NCBI GenBank assembly: GCA_965203485.1
Contig: OZ241892.1
Span: 384,001 to 448,000 of the forward strand
Direction of reading: 5' to 3'
DNA from: Longimicrobiales bacterium
GTDB taxonomy: Bacteria; Gemmatimonadota; Gemmatimonadetes; Longimicrobiales; Gaopeijiaceae
Length of the DNA stretch: 64,000 bases
The notes under the pieces were generated by a model. It was not told the DNA's origin, did not search any database, and worked only from the letters and a program-made list of their open reading frames with translations. How positions within the stretch are numbered: the first letter of the stretch is position 1; every line of letters begins with the position of its first letter. Position numbers and translations under genes: made by a program. Shown piece after piece: positions 18,469-27,649 of this stretch.

Positions 18469-18580
18469 GAACCCTCCGGCCCCGCGACGGTAGCCGCGCG
18501 CCGGCGCGCGAAGCGAGTTGAGCGCTGGGGCGCCGCCGTGGCCGTCCTTGTCCTCGCGGCGGTCGTCCTGGAGAGACTGC

Positions 18581-18609
18581 GGATGCGGGTGCGCGAAAGC
18601 CGGAGTTCC
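18581..18609 (-). promoter_or_regulatory. Candidate ECF-type promoter GGAACTC-N16-GCATCC upstream of cyoE
   Basis: Same spacing as the motifs at 10980 and 24951, in intergenic DNA and oriented toward the gene. Confidence 0.35.
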
Positions 18610-18642
18610 CGGCCCGTACCCCGCTTCACGGGGCCGCCGGGT

Positions 18643-19440
18643 TCACAGGAGTCCCTGCAGCAGCCCGCCGTCGATCTGCAACGTGTGTCCCGTAACGTAC
18701 GAAGCGGCTTCGGACGCCAGGAACGCCACCGCCGCCGCCAACTCCTCGGGCCGCCCCAGCCGCCCCATGGGAACGCCGCCGGCCACTTGCTCGCGAACCG
18801 ACTCCCAGTCCGTCCCCTGCTTCTCGGCGCGCGCGTCGAAGAGTTCGCGCAGGCGGTCCGTCTGGATGAAGCCGGGCGCCACCACGTTGCAGAGGATGCC
18901 GTCGTGCGCCACCTCGCGCGAAAGCGTCTTGACGAAGCCGACCACGCCGGGGCGCGCGGTGTTCGACAGGATCAGCCCCTCGACGGGCTGCTTGACCGAC
19001 ACGGACGTGATCGCCACCACGCGGCCCCACCGGTTCTTGCGCATTTCGGGCACGGCCGCGAGCGCGAGCTGGACCGTGGACATGAGGTTGAGCTCCAGCG
19101 CCCGGCGATAGGCGTCCGGCGCGAAGTCGTCCGCTCCGCCGGGCGGTGGGCCTCCGGCGTTGGCGACCAGCACGTCCAGCCGGCCGAAGGTGCGCACTGC
19201 GGTTCCGACCAGCTCGGCGCAGCACTGCTCGCTCGCGACGTCGCCCGGCGCGGGCACGATCCGGCGGCCCGTCTCCTGCGCGATCTCCGCGGCGGCCGCC
19301 TCAAGCGTCTCCGCGCTCCTGGCGTTGACGACCACGTCCGCGCCTTCCTGGGCGAGCCGCTCCGCCACGGCCCTCCCCAATCCGGTAGAAGCGCCGGCGA
19401 CCAGCGCGGCCCTGCCCTCGAGCCCGAGGTTCACGTGCAT
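18643..19440 (-). CDS. SDR family oxidoreductase (3-oxoacyl-ACP reductase-like)
   Basis: GASTGLG Rossmann motif, VANAGGPP, SNTAR, NVVAPG, YVTG..IDGG; start 19440 or GTG 19434. Confidence 0.9.
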   Translation of the reverse strand: MHVNLGLEGRAALVAGASTGLGRAVAERLAQEGADVVVNARSAETLEAAAAEIAQETGRRIVPAPGDVASEQCCAELVGTAVRTFGRLDVLVANAGGPPPGGADDFAPDAYRRALELNLMSTVQLALAAVPEMRKNRWGRVVAITSVSVKQPVEGLILSNTARPGVVGFVKTLSREVAHDGILCNVVAPGFIQTDRLRELFDARAEKQGTDWESVREQVAGGVPMGRLGRPEELAAAVAFLASEAASYVTGHTLQIDGGLLQGLL

Positions 19441-19567
19441 TCTCCTTTCACGCGCGTTCTCCTTGCGATGAGCGGCGGGCCGTGCCCCCCCCGCCGGCGA
19501 GCCGCTCCGAAACGCCGGAACCGCCCGTATGGTAATATTGGATGAGACTAGGCAAGGTTGCGACGCC

Positions 19568-20347
19568 ATGGGCACCAACGACACGGCCGGCCAGGGCACG
19601 GGCGCCGGCCGGAGGGACGACAGCGGGCGGACGACGCGAAGCGGGCGAGGCAACCGGGGCGCGGCGGGCATCCGGGGCCGCCCGGGGCCGCCGCGCGCGG
19701 AGAGCGCCCGGGGCCGCCGCCGTGCCGAGATGCGGGTGTGGCGCAACGGGTTGCTGGCCTCCCTCGCGCTTCACCTGCTGTTCCTGCTGAGCGGCGGCCG
19801 CCCTCCAATTCCCGAAATGCCGCTCGCCGCCGCGGGCCCCGACGCGGACGACGACCGAGCCGCGCGGGGGGGCATGCAGGCCGTCAACGTGGCGGTGCCG
19901 CCCGCGCGTCCGCTCGTGCGCCCGCAGATTCCGTTGCCGGTCGATATCGAGATGGACCCCGTCGAGATCGATGCCGAGCCGTCTTTCGACTTGGCCTCGC
20001 TCCTGGGCGACCCGGGCCCGCTGGGCCCTCCCGGCCAGGACGACGGCGAGGGAGAGGGGGACGGGGGCTCCGCCGATGCCGGCCGGATCGAGGTGGCGCC
20101 GCCGGTTCCCCGCATGATGATCATTCCGCCGGCCAACAAGAACCTGCGCGGCGTGCGATTCGAGGTCTGGGTGTTCGTCGACGAAGAGGGCAGCGTCGTC
20201 CCGGACTCCACGCGCATCGATCCGCCGACCAAGGACCGCGGCTTCAACCGCCAGCTCGCGCGCGAGGCCGCCGGATGGATGTTCGCGCCGGGGAGGCGCG
20301 GCGGGCGGCCCGTGGCGGCTTGGTTCTCCTACATGGTGACGATGTGA
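19568..20347 (+). CDS. TonB-like energy transducer protein
   Basis: TM anchor SLALHLL, Pro/acidic linker, C-terminal domain VFVDEEG...WMFAPGRRGGRPVAAW; start uncertain (19529 possible). Confidence 0.7.
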   Translation: MGTNDTAGQGTGAGRRDDSGRTTRSGRGNRGAAGIRGRPGPPRAESARGRRRAEMRVWRNGLLASLALHLLFLLSGGRPPIPEMPLAAAGPDADDDRAARGGMQAVNVAVPPARPLVRPQIPLPVDIEMDPVEIDAEPSFDLASLLGDPGPLGPPGQDDGEGEGDGGSADAGRIEVAPPVPRMMIIPPANKNLRGVRFEVWVFVDEEGSVVPDSTRIDPPTKDRGFNRQLAREAAGWMFAPGRRGGRPVAAWFSYMVTM

Positions 20348-20360
20348 GGGCGCGGCGGCC

Positions 20361-22004
20361 GTGACCGGGCGGACGGCCAGCTCGCCCGGCTCGAGCGAAC
20401 GCGCCTCCTTGCCCGGGCCGGACAGCCCGGCCGGCGGAGCCCGCGCGCCGAAGCGCATCCTCTGGGTGGACGACGAGATCGACCTCCTGCGCCCTCATCT
20501 TCTCTTCCTGCAGCGGCGCGGCTACCACGTGGACGCCATCCCCAACGGGGACGACGCTCTGGCGCTCCTGCGCGGGCGCGCCTACGACCTGGTCCTGCTG
20601 GACGAGCAGATGCCGGGCCGGCGGGGCCTGGACGTGCTCGAGCTCATCCGCCGCGACGATCCGCACGCGCGCGTCGTCATGATCACCAAGTCCGAAGAGG
20701 ACCGGACGATGACCGAGGCGATCGGGCGCTACGCTGAGGACTACCTCGTCAAGCCGACCAGCCCGCGCCAAGTGCTGTCGGTGGTGACGCGGCTCCTGGA
20801 GGGCTCGTCGATTCGCCAGCAGCACACGGCGCAGGACTTTGCGGCCCGTTGGCCGGGGCTGGCCGGCCGCCGCGAGGAGGCTCCCACGGCCCGGCGCTTC
20901 GAACGGGCCTACCAGGAACTCGTCGACTGGCACCTGCGGTTGGAGGCGGCCGGCGAGTCGGGGCTGCTGGACACCGTCGAGTCGCTTCAGGCGGAGCTGC
21001 GCCACGACTTCGGGCGCTGGGTGGGCAGGGAGTATCCGTTGTGGGCGAGGGGCGAGGGAGACCGTCCCGAACTCTCGGTCGACGTGGTCGAACGGCGGCT
21101 CGTGCCGCTGCTGGGACGCGACCCCGTGTTCTTCGTGGTGCTGGACTGCATGAGGCTCGACCAATGGCGGGCGATCTCCGCGCTGCTCGGCGAGAGCTTC
21201 GAGATCGACGAGGGCGTGCACTGGTCGATCTTGCCGACGGCGACGCCTTACGCGCGAAACGCCCTTTTCTCCGGGCTGTTCCCCGACGAGATCGCGAAGC
21301 TCCGGCCGGGGTGGTGGGACGGCGCGGGCGACGAGCGGTCGATGAACGCCTTCGAAGACGAGCTCCTGCGGACCCAGCTGCGCCGCCTCGCCGGCCGCGA
21401 CGTGCCGGTCCACTACGACAAGGTCTTCACCGACCGCAACGCCGAAGCCGTGCTGGGGCGAGTTCGCTCGGCGGCGTCCACGCCGGCGTCGGTCACGGCC
21501 CTCGTCTTCAACTTCGTCGACCTCATGACGCACGGGCGTTCGGAGTCGCCGATCCTCATGGAGGTGGCGAAGGACCAAGCCGCGCTCCGGCAGCTCACGC
21601 GCTCCTGGTTCGAGCGCTCGACGGCGTTCTCCGTGCTCATGGAGGCCGCCCGCCGCGGGTGCCGAGTGCTTCTCACGACCGATCACGGCTCGATCCACTG
21701 CCGCAGGTCGGCGACGGTGCGCGCGCGCCGCGGCACCACCGCCAACCTGCGCTACAAGTTCGGCGCCGCCCTGCGGGCCGAGAATCCAAGCTCGGCGTTC
21801 GCCACGCGGCGGGCGTCCGACCTGCGTCTCCCGCCGGGCGAACCGGGCACACGCTACCTCGTTGCCCTGGAGGACTTCTACTTCGTGTACCCGACCCGGC
21901 TGCGCGAGTACCGGCGCCGGTACGCCAACTCCTTCCTGCACGGCGGCGCGTCGCCCGAGGAGATGATCGTCCCGCTCGCCACGCTCAAGCCCCGCCCGCG
22001 GTGA
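20361..22004 (+). CDS. PorX-like response regulator: REC domain plus PglZ/alkaline-phosphatase-fold domain
   Basis: ILWVDDEIDLLRPH, LLDEQMPG, MITKSEE, YLVKP; PglZ part LDCMRLDQW, ILPTATPYARNALFSG, TTDHG, FLHGG. Confidence 0.88.
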   Translation: MTGRTASSPGSSERASLPGPDSPAGGARAPKRILWVDDEIDLLRPHLLFLQRRGYHVDAIPNGDDALALLRGRAYDLVLLDEQMPGRRGLDVLELIRRDDPHARVVMITKSEEDRTMTEAIGRYAEDYLVKPTSPRQVLSVVTRLLEGSSIRQQHTAQDFAARWPGLAGRREEAPTARRFERAYQELVDWHLRLEAAGESGLLDTVESLQAELRHDFGRWVGREYPLWARGEGDRPELSVDVVERRLVPLLGRDPVFFVVLDCMRLDQWRAISALLGESFEIDEGVHWSILPTATPYARNALFSGLFPDEIAKLRPGWWDGAGDERSMNAFEDELLRTQLRRLAGRDVPVHYDKVFTDRNAEAVLGRVRSAASTPASVTALVFNFVDLMTHGRSESPILMEVAKDQAALRQLTRSWFERSTAFSVLMEAARRGCRVLLTTDHGSIHCRRSATVRARRGTTANLRYKFGAALRAENPSSAFATRRASDLRLPPGEPGTRYLVALEDFYFVYPTRLREYRRRYANSFLHGGASPEEMIVPLATLKPRPR

Positions 22005-23944
22005 GCCCCGCGTCCGGCGAGAGCGGCCCGGATCGGCCTGCGACCCGTCCCGCGTCCCGGAAGCCCTCCCCGCCCTCCTCGCGAAGCGGCGCGCTCGCGG
22101 CGGCGGGCTCGGCTCCGGCCGCGCCGCCAGCGGCTCGGTCCCGCTACGGCCGCATCCTCTCGTACCTGCGTCCTCACCTCGGCACGCTCCTGCTGGCCGG
22201 CTTGGCCGGGGCCGCCTACGCCGCGCTGGACGCCTTCTCGTTCGTGGCGCTTCTGCCCTTTCTCGCCACGGTGTTCGGCGGCGAGGCCGGGCTGGGGCTT
22301 CAAGCGGAGCCGCCCCGCATTCGAGCCGCGCTCGAAGGCACGGCGGGACGCCTGGTCGACCTGGACGGCGACCCGCAGGCCGTCGTGGCCGGTGTCATCC
22401 TGTTCGTCCTGCTCCTCGTGCTGTGCAAGAACGTGGTGGACTTCCTGCGGTCGTACTGGACGGCCCGGGTCGAGCAGGGAGTGGCGCGCGACCTGCGCAA
22501 CGAGGTGTACGAGCACGTTCTGAGGCTCGACCTGGCGTTCTTCGGGCGGACGCGGACCGGACAGGTCGTGTCGCGCCTCACCCACGACGTCGAGCAGCTG
22601 CGGGCGCTGATCGCCAAGGAGCTGGTGCAGGCGGTCTCGCACGTGCTGAGCTTGGCGGCGGTTCTGTTCTGGATGACCCAGATTTCGTGGCGGCTGACCG
22701 GCGCCGCCTTCGTGGTCGTGCCCGTGACGATGGTCGTGTGGGGGCCGCTGGTGCGGCGGTTGCGCCTGCGCGACAGCGCCGCGCTCGACTTGGCGGGCGA
22801 CCTGGGCTCGCGCATTCAGGAGACCGTGTCGGGCATCCGCATGGTCAAGACGGCCGCGGCCGAGGGCCACGAGCGCCGCCGGTTCCGGGCCGCGACCGCC
22901 GCGTACTTCGACGCGGTCATCCGAACGGTGAAGCTGAGGGCGCTGGCGGGGCCGATCACCGAGGTGCTCGTGGCCGTGGGGACCTCGGTCCTGCTCTGGT
23001 ACGGAGCCCGCATGGTCGTCGTCGACGGTTCCCTGAGCGGCGAGGCGTTCCTTCTGTTCATCGTGCTGAGCACGCGCCTGTACGCGCCGGTGAAGTATCT
23101 GAGCAAGTTGCCGGCGTTGGCGCAGCCGGGGCTGGCCGGAGCCGAGCGCCTCTTCGAGTTCGTGGACGCGCCTTCCGGCATCGGCGACCGCCGGGGCGCA
23201 AAGCCGTTCGCGGGCGTCGGCGAGGGGATCCGCTACCGGAGCGTCGGGTTGGCCTACCGCGAGGGCGACTCCGTGCTTCGCGACGTGGACTTCTGGGCGC
23301 CCCAGGGCTCGGTGGTGGCGCTCGTGGGCCCGAGCGGGGCCGGCAAGACCAGCATCGTCGATCTGCTCGGCCGCTTCTACGACGCCACGGAAGGCGCGGT
23401 CGAGATCGCCGGCGAGGACGTGCGCAACTACCAGCTGCGCGGCTTGCGGGCCGCGCTCGGAATCGTCTCGCAGGACACGGTGCTCTTCCACGACACGGTG
23501 CGCGCCAACATCGCCTACGGAACGCCGGGGGCGACGTCGCAGCAGGTGGAGCGCGCGGCGCGGGCGGCGCACGCGCACGACTTTGTGTCCGGCCTTCCCG
23601 ACGGATACGACACGCTCGTGGGCGAGCGGGGCACGGCGCTCTCGGGCGGCCAGCGGCAACGCGTCGCGATCGCCCGGGCCGTGCTCCGCGACCCGCCGAT
23701 CCTGGTGTTGGACGAGGCCACCAGCGCCCTGGACGCCGAGTCGGAGCGGCTGGTTCAGGACGCCATCGACCGTCTCTTGGAGGGGCGCACGGTCTTCGTC
23801 ATCGCGCATCGCCTGTCCACGATTCAGCGAGCCGACTTGATCGTGGTCGTGGACCAGGGACGCGTGGTTCAGCGGGGGACGCATGCCGAACTCCTGGCGG
23901 AAGGCGGACTGTACGGCCGCCTGCGCAAGCTGCAGTTCCGGTGA
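22001..23944 (+). CDS. msbA: MsbA-like ABC exporter (fused permease/ATPase), probable lipid A flippase
   Basis: 6-TM domain, Walker A GPSGAGKT, LSGGQRQR, LVLDEATSALD, IAHRLST; adjacent to a lipid A acyltransferase. Confidence 0.85.
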   Translation: MSPASGESGPDRPATRPASRKPSPPSSRSGALAAAGSAPAAPPAARSRYGRILSYLRPHLGTLLLAGLAGAAYAALDAFSFVALLPFLATVFGGEAGLGLQAEPPRIRAALEGTAGRLVDLDGDPQAVVAGVILFVLLLVLCKNVVDFLRSYWTARVEQGVARDLRNEVYEHVLRLDLAFFGRTRTGQVVSRLTHDVEQLRALIAKELVQAVSHVLSLAAVLFWMTQISWRLTGAAFVVVPVTMVVWGPLVRRLRLRDSAALDLAGDLGSRIQETVSGIRMVKTAAAEGHERRRFRAATAAYFDAVIRTVKLRALAGPITEVLVAVGTSVLLWYGARMVVVDGSLSGEAFLLFIVLSTRLYAPVKYLSKLPALAQPGLAGAERLFEFVDAPSGIGDRRGAKPFAGVGEGIRYRSVGLAYREGDSVLRDVDFWAPQGSVVALVGPSGAGKTSIVDLLGRFYDATEGAVEIAGEDVRNYQLRGLRAALGIVSQDTVLFHDTVRANIAYGTPGATSQQVERAARAAHAHDFVSGLPDGYDTLVGERGTALSGGQRQRVAIARAVLRDPPILVLDEATSALDAESERLVQDAIDRLLEGRTVFVIAHRLSTIQRADLIVVVDQGRVVQRGTHAELLAEGGLYGRLRKLQFR

Positions 23945-24876
23945 GTCGGCGCGGCGACGGACGGCACCGGCTGGAGTACGCGCTCGTACGGAGCTTCGGC
24001 GCGGGGTGCAACGCCGTGCCCGAGAAGCTGGCCCAGAGCGGCGGGGCGGCGCTCGGACGGCTGGCGGCGCGCTGGGGACGGCCGCGCTGGGGCGTGATGA
24101 TGGAGCAACTCCGCATGGCCTTCCCCGAGGCCGGCGAGGCGTGGTGCCGCGACGTGGCTCGCCGGTGCTACGCGCATTTCGGGGCCGAAGCCATGGCCAT
24201 GCTGCGCTTGTCCCGCTTGGGGCTCGCCGGCGTGCGGGCGCGGACCGAGGTCGTGGGGCGCGATGTGCTGGAGGCGGCCGCGAATCACCCCGCGGGCGCC
24301 GTCCTCGTCACCGGCCACGTCGGCAACTGGGAGATCTGCGGAGCCGCCATCGTGGCCGCGGGCTTGCCCATGGACGTGATCGCCGCGCGCCAGCGAAATC
24401 CGTACTTCGACCGCTACATCACCCGGTGCCGGGCGAACTTGGGGATGGAGGTGATCCCGCGCGAACATGCGCGGCGGCGAGTCGTCCAAGTGCTCAGGAC
24501 GGGGAAGTCCGTGGGCGTGGTCGGCGACCAGGACGCCCGCGACGCCGGCATCTTCGTGGACTTCTTCGGCCGTCCCGCCGCGACCGCCCGAGGCCCCGCC
24601 GTGCTGGCCCGCCGCGCCGGCGCGCTCATGGGCACGGCCTTCGCGACTCGCGTGCCGGGTCCACGCATTCGCTACCGCCTCGAGCTCGAGGCCCTTGATC
24701 CGGGAGCGGGCGCCAACGCCCTCACGCAAGCCTGCGCGTCCCGCCTGGAAGCCAAGGTCCGCGAGCTCCCCGAACAGTACTTTTGGATGCACCGCCGGTG
24801 GAAGACGCCGCCGCCGGGTCTTCATGCTTCCCGCAACGTCGGCGCTTCGGAGCCGCGGTCCTCGTCGTCGGCGTAG
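23941..24876 (+). CDS. Lipid A biosynthesis acyltransferase (LpxL/HtrB family)
   Basis: GHVGNWE, GDQDA, VDFFG, PEQYFWMHRRWKT. Confidence 0.9.
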   Translation: MSRRGDGRHRLEYALVRSFGAGCNAVPEKLAQSGGAALGRLAARWGRPRWGVMMEQLRMAFPEAGEAWCRDVARRCYAHFGAEAMAMLRLSRLGLAGVRARTEVVGRDVLEAAANHPAGAVLVTGHVGNWEICGAAIVAAGLPMDVIAARQRNPYFDRYITRCRANLGMEVIPREHARRRVVQVLRTGKSVGVVGDQDARDAGIFVDFFGRPAATARGPAVLARRAGALMGTAFATRVPGPRIRYRLELEALDPGAGANALTQACASRLEAKVRELPEQYFWMHRRWKTPPPGLHASRNVGASEPRSSSSA

Positions 24877-24950
24877 GCCCCCGAGGGTCCGTCTTGGGCA
24901 GGGCCGCGCTCCATCGCAGGTGGACGGTTCCGCGTCCCCGGGGCTACCCC

Positions 24951-24980
24951 GGAACTTTCGGCGCCGTTCGCGGGTATAAT
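24951..24980 (+). promoter_or_regulatory. Candidate promoter GGAACTT-N16-GTATAAT upstream of the GT2-DUF3108 gene
   Basis: ECF-like -35 element plus a perfect TATAAT at 24975-24980, 38 nt before the ATG. Confidence 0.5.
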
Positions 24981-25018
24981 GGAAGAGGTGCGGGAGTTCG
25001 TCCCGAGGAGGTTCCGCA

Positions 25019-26644
25019 ATGATCTACATCTGCATTCCGGCGCGCGACGAGAGTCGCACGGTTGGCGTTCTGCTCTGGAGGATTCGGGAGACCATGGCCG
25101 AACTCGGCCGCGACTACCACGTGCTGGTCCTGGACGACGGTTCGAGCGACGACACCGCCGCCCTGCTCAAGCGGTACGAGCGCGTGCTGCCGCTGACCGT
25201 ACTGGCGCACGACCGTCCGCGCGGCTACGGCCGCGGAGTGGAGCGGCTCCTCAAGGAAGCGGCGAATCGAGTTCGCTACCCCAAGAGGGACGCGGTCGTC
25301 GTCATGCAGGCGGACTTCACCGACCCGCCCGAGCACTTGGCCAAGCTCGTCAGGACACTGGAGGGCGGGGCGGACGTCGTGGCCAGCGTGCCGTCCGGTG
25401 CGGCGCCGGCGCCGTGGCCCGTTCGTGCCGCCCTGCGCCTCGCGCGATTCGTCTTGGGGCGCCGAGGCGCGCCCTCGGACGCGGGCCGCCTGTGCGGCTT
25501 CCGCCTCTACCGCGCGAAGGTCGTCACGGCCGCCTTCGAAGCCGCGGCCGGACACCGGCTTCTTGCCCGCGACGGCTGGGCGGCCAATGCGGAGCTCCTT
25601 GCCAAGCTGGCGCCTTTCGCGCGCAGGGTGGCCGTCGCCCCCATGGAGCCGCGCTACGACATGCGGAGCCGCAGGAGCCGCGTGCGCCCGATCGCAGTTG
25701 CCGGCGAGCTGCTGCGTCTCCGCAGGACAGTTGCCGCGTTGGCATTGTGGTCGTCTGTGGGCTTGGCCGGCGTTCCCGGCGCGGCGCCGGGTCAAGCCTT
25801 CGTCCGCGATACGTTGCGGATGTCCACTCCGGCCCCGGCCCGCATCCCCTTCGCGGTCGGCGAGACGTTGCGCTACAAGGTCAAGTTCGGCTGGTTCAAC
25901 GTCGGCGAGGGCTGGATGTCGGTGCCCCGAGTCGACACGGTCGGGGAGTTTCCGGCGTACGCGGCGGAGTGGCGCATCAGTGGCGGCGTCCCCTTCTACA
26001 AGATGGACTCGAAGTTCTACAGCTGGATGGACGAGAGGACGCTGGTGTCCCGGCGCTTCGTCAAGGATCAGCACGAAGGAGGACGCAAGTCGTTCAAGGA
26101 ATACCTGTTCTTTCCCGAGGAGCGCAAAGCGCGGCGGATCGACTACGACACCACGAGCGTCATGCCCACTGCGTTGCCGCTGGACGACGTGTCGTTCGTG
26201 TACTTCGCGCGCACGTTGCCGCTGGAGGTCGGCGAGACCTACGTGTTCAACCGCTACTTCAAGGAGGAGGGGAACCCCGTCGTCATTCGGGTGCTGCGCA
26301 AGGACGAACGGAAGGTCGGCGCGGGCAAGTTCAATACGATCGTGGTGCAGCCCGTCATCAGCACGGACGGCCTGTTTTCGGAGGGCGGACGCGCGGAGAT
26401 ACACTTCTCCGACGACGAGCGCCGCATGGTGGTCTACATGGAAACGCATTTCGCCGGCATCAGCCTGTCGCTTCATCTCGAAGAGATCCTGCCGCCGGGG
26501 TCCGCCGAGGTGGAGTCGGCCGGCAGCGACGGGCCTGCTTTCGCTTCCGGCAGCGCGGCGACGGCGGGCCGGGGTTTCGCCGCCGCCGGCCTCGGTTGCG
26601 GTCCCGCCGACTCCGGGCGCGGCGTGGAGGGAGCACGGCGCTGA
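25019..26644 (+). CDS. Glycosyltransferase family 2 domain fused to a DUF3108-like domain
   Basis: N-terminal CIPARDE, LDDGSSD, MQADF; an internal hydrophobic segment, then PFAVGETLRY...VGAGKFNT...FSDDERR typical of DUF3108. Confidence 0.8.
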   Translation: MIYICIPARDESRTVGVLLWRIRETMAELGRDYHVLVLDDGSSDDTAALLKRYERVLPLTVLAHDRPRGYGRGVERLLKEAANRVRYPKRDAVVVMQADFTDPPEHLAKLVRTLEGGADVVASVPSGAAPAPWPVRAALRLARFVLGRRGAPSDAGRLCGFRLYRAKVVTAAFEAAAGHRLLARDGWAANAELLAKLAPFARRVAVAPMEPRYDMRSRRSRVRPIAVAGELLRLRRTVAALALWSSVGLAGVPGAAPGQAFVRDTLRMSTPAPARIPFAVGETLRYKVKFGWFNVGEGWMSVPRVDTVGEFPAYAAEWRISGGVPFYKMDSKFYSWMDERTLVSRRFVKDQHEGGRKSFKEYLFFPEERKARRIDYDTTSVMPTALPLDDVSFVYFARTLPLEVGETYVFNRYFKEEGNPVVIRVLRKDERKVGAGKFNTIVVQPVISTDGLFSEGGRAEIHFSDDERRMVVYMETHFAGISLSLHLEEILPPGSAEVESAGSDGPAFASGSAATAGRGFAAAGLGCGPADSGRGVEGARR

Positions 26645-27186
26645 GAGCCGGGGAACGACGTTTGCGCCTTCGCAGCGCGTGGCTTCTGGCCGCGGTGTGC
26701 CTCTGGTTCGCTCGGCCAACCGAGTGGTCGCTCTGGTTGGGGGCCTGCGTGGTCTTGACGGGCTTGGCCGTGAGGGCCTGGGCCGCTGGCACGCTCGAAA
26801 AGGACTGGCGCCTGACCGTCGCCGGCCCCTACGCCTTCACGCGGAACCCGCTCTACCTTGGGAGCTTGATCATCGGCCTGGGCGCCTCCGCGGCTTCGGG
26901 CCAACCGTGGCTCGCAATCGTCTTCCTGGCCTTCTTCGCGTGGACGTACCTGCCGACGATGACGTCGGAAGCCCAGCGCCTTGAGAAGCAGTTCGGCCCG
27001 GACTACGCGCGCTACAGAGCTCGGGTGCCACTTCTGATTCCTCGCCTCCGCCGCTACCGCGTCGTCTCGCCCGGCGCCGCTGACACGTCCTTTTCGCTCG
27101 GCCGCTACGGTCGCAACAAGGAGTACGAAGCCCTGCTCGGCGCCGTCGCCGGCTTCGCGGCGTTGCTTGTCAAGGCGGCGTGGTAG
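26641..27186 (+). CDS. Isoprenylcysteine carboxylmethyltransferase / PEMT family membrane protein
   Basis: GPYAFTRNPLYLGS, EAQRLEKQFGPDYARYRARVP; start uncertain (CTG 26641 after GGAGG, or TTG 26662). Confidence 0.8.
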   Translation: MRAGERRLRLRSAWLLAAVCLWFARPTEWSLWLGACVVLTGLAVRAWAAGTLEKDWRLTVAGPYAFTRNPLYLGSLIIGLGASAASGQPWLAIVFLAFFAWTYLPTMTSEAQRLEKQFGPDYARYRARVPLLIPRLRRYRVVSPGAADTSFSLGRYGRNKEYEALLGAVAGFAALLVKAAW

Positions 27187-27649
27187 GCTGCTCCGGCGCT
27201 TCGTCGTTTCCGTCGGCCTGAACTAGATACAGCACGGGTCCGCCCAAGGTTGCGCCCTTGGCGTGCACCTCGAAGTCGTAGCGTCCGGGCACGGGGAAGA
27301 CGACGTCCTTCAGCGGGACGGCCAGCCGCATCCGGGGAGGAGGCCGGTCGGGGGGGCGCCGTTGCACGTCGGCGTGCCCGTCGACCGTGAGCGTCGGGCG
27401 TCCGCTCGGGCCCTTGACGTGGACCCGAAACTGATGGCGTCCTTCGTCTTCCCGGTCCCATTCGAGGGACAGGACGAGCATCAAATGGTCTTGCTGGGCG
27501 GGGAAGCCCGGGGCGTACAAGTCGTGGAACACGCCGCTCAGGTCCAGCTTGCCGTCGGGCGAGACCGATGCCCGGTCGCACAGAACGGCCGCCAGGAGCC
27601 TCAAGCGTCCGTCCCCCGTCGGCCGGGGCGTCCCCGCCGCTGTCCGCAA
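27170..27649 (-). CDS. Hypothetical protein, DUF6941-like beta-sandwich
   Basis: LCDRASVSPDGKLDLSGVFHDL...FPVPGRYDFEV pattern. Confidence 0.7.
   Translation of the reverse strand: MRTAAGTPRPTGDGRLRLLAAVLCDRASVSPDGKLDLSGVFHDLYAPGFPAQQDHLMLVLSLEWDREDEGRHQFRVHVKGPSGRPTLTVDGHADVQRRPPDRPPPRMRLAVPLKDVVFPVPGRYDFEVHAKGATLGGPVLYLVQADGNDEAPEQPTTPP

Noticed and set aside
20361..22004. PglZ domain as evidence of a BREX/Pgl defence system
   Set aside because: It is fused to a receiver domain (PorX architecture) and no brxC, pglX or brxL genes are present.
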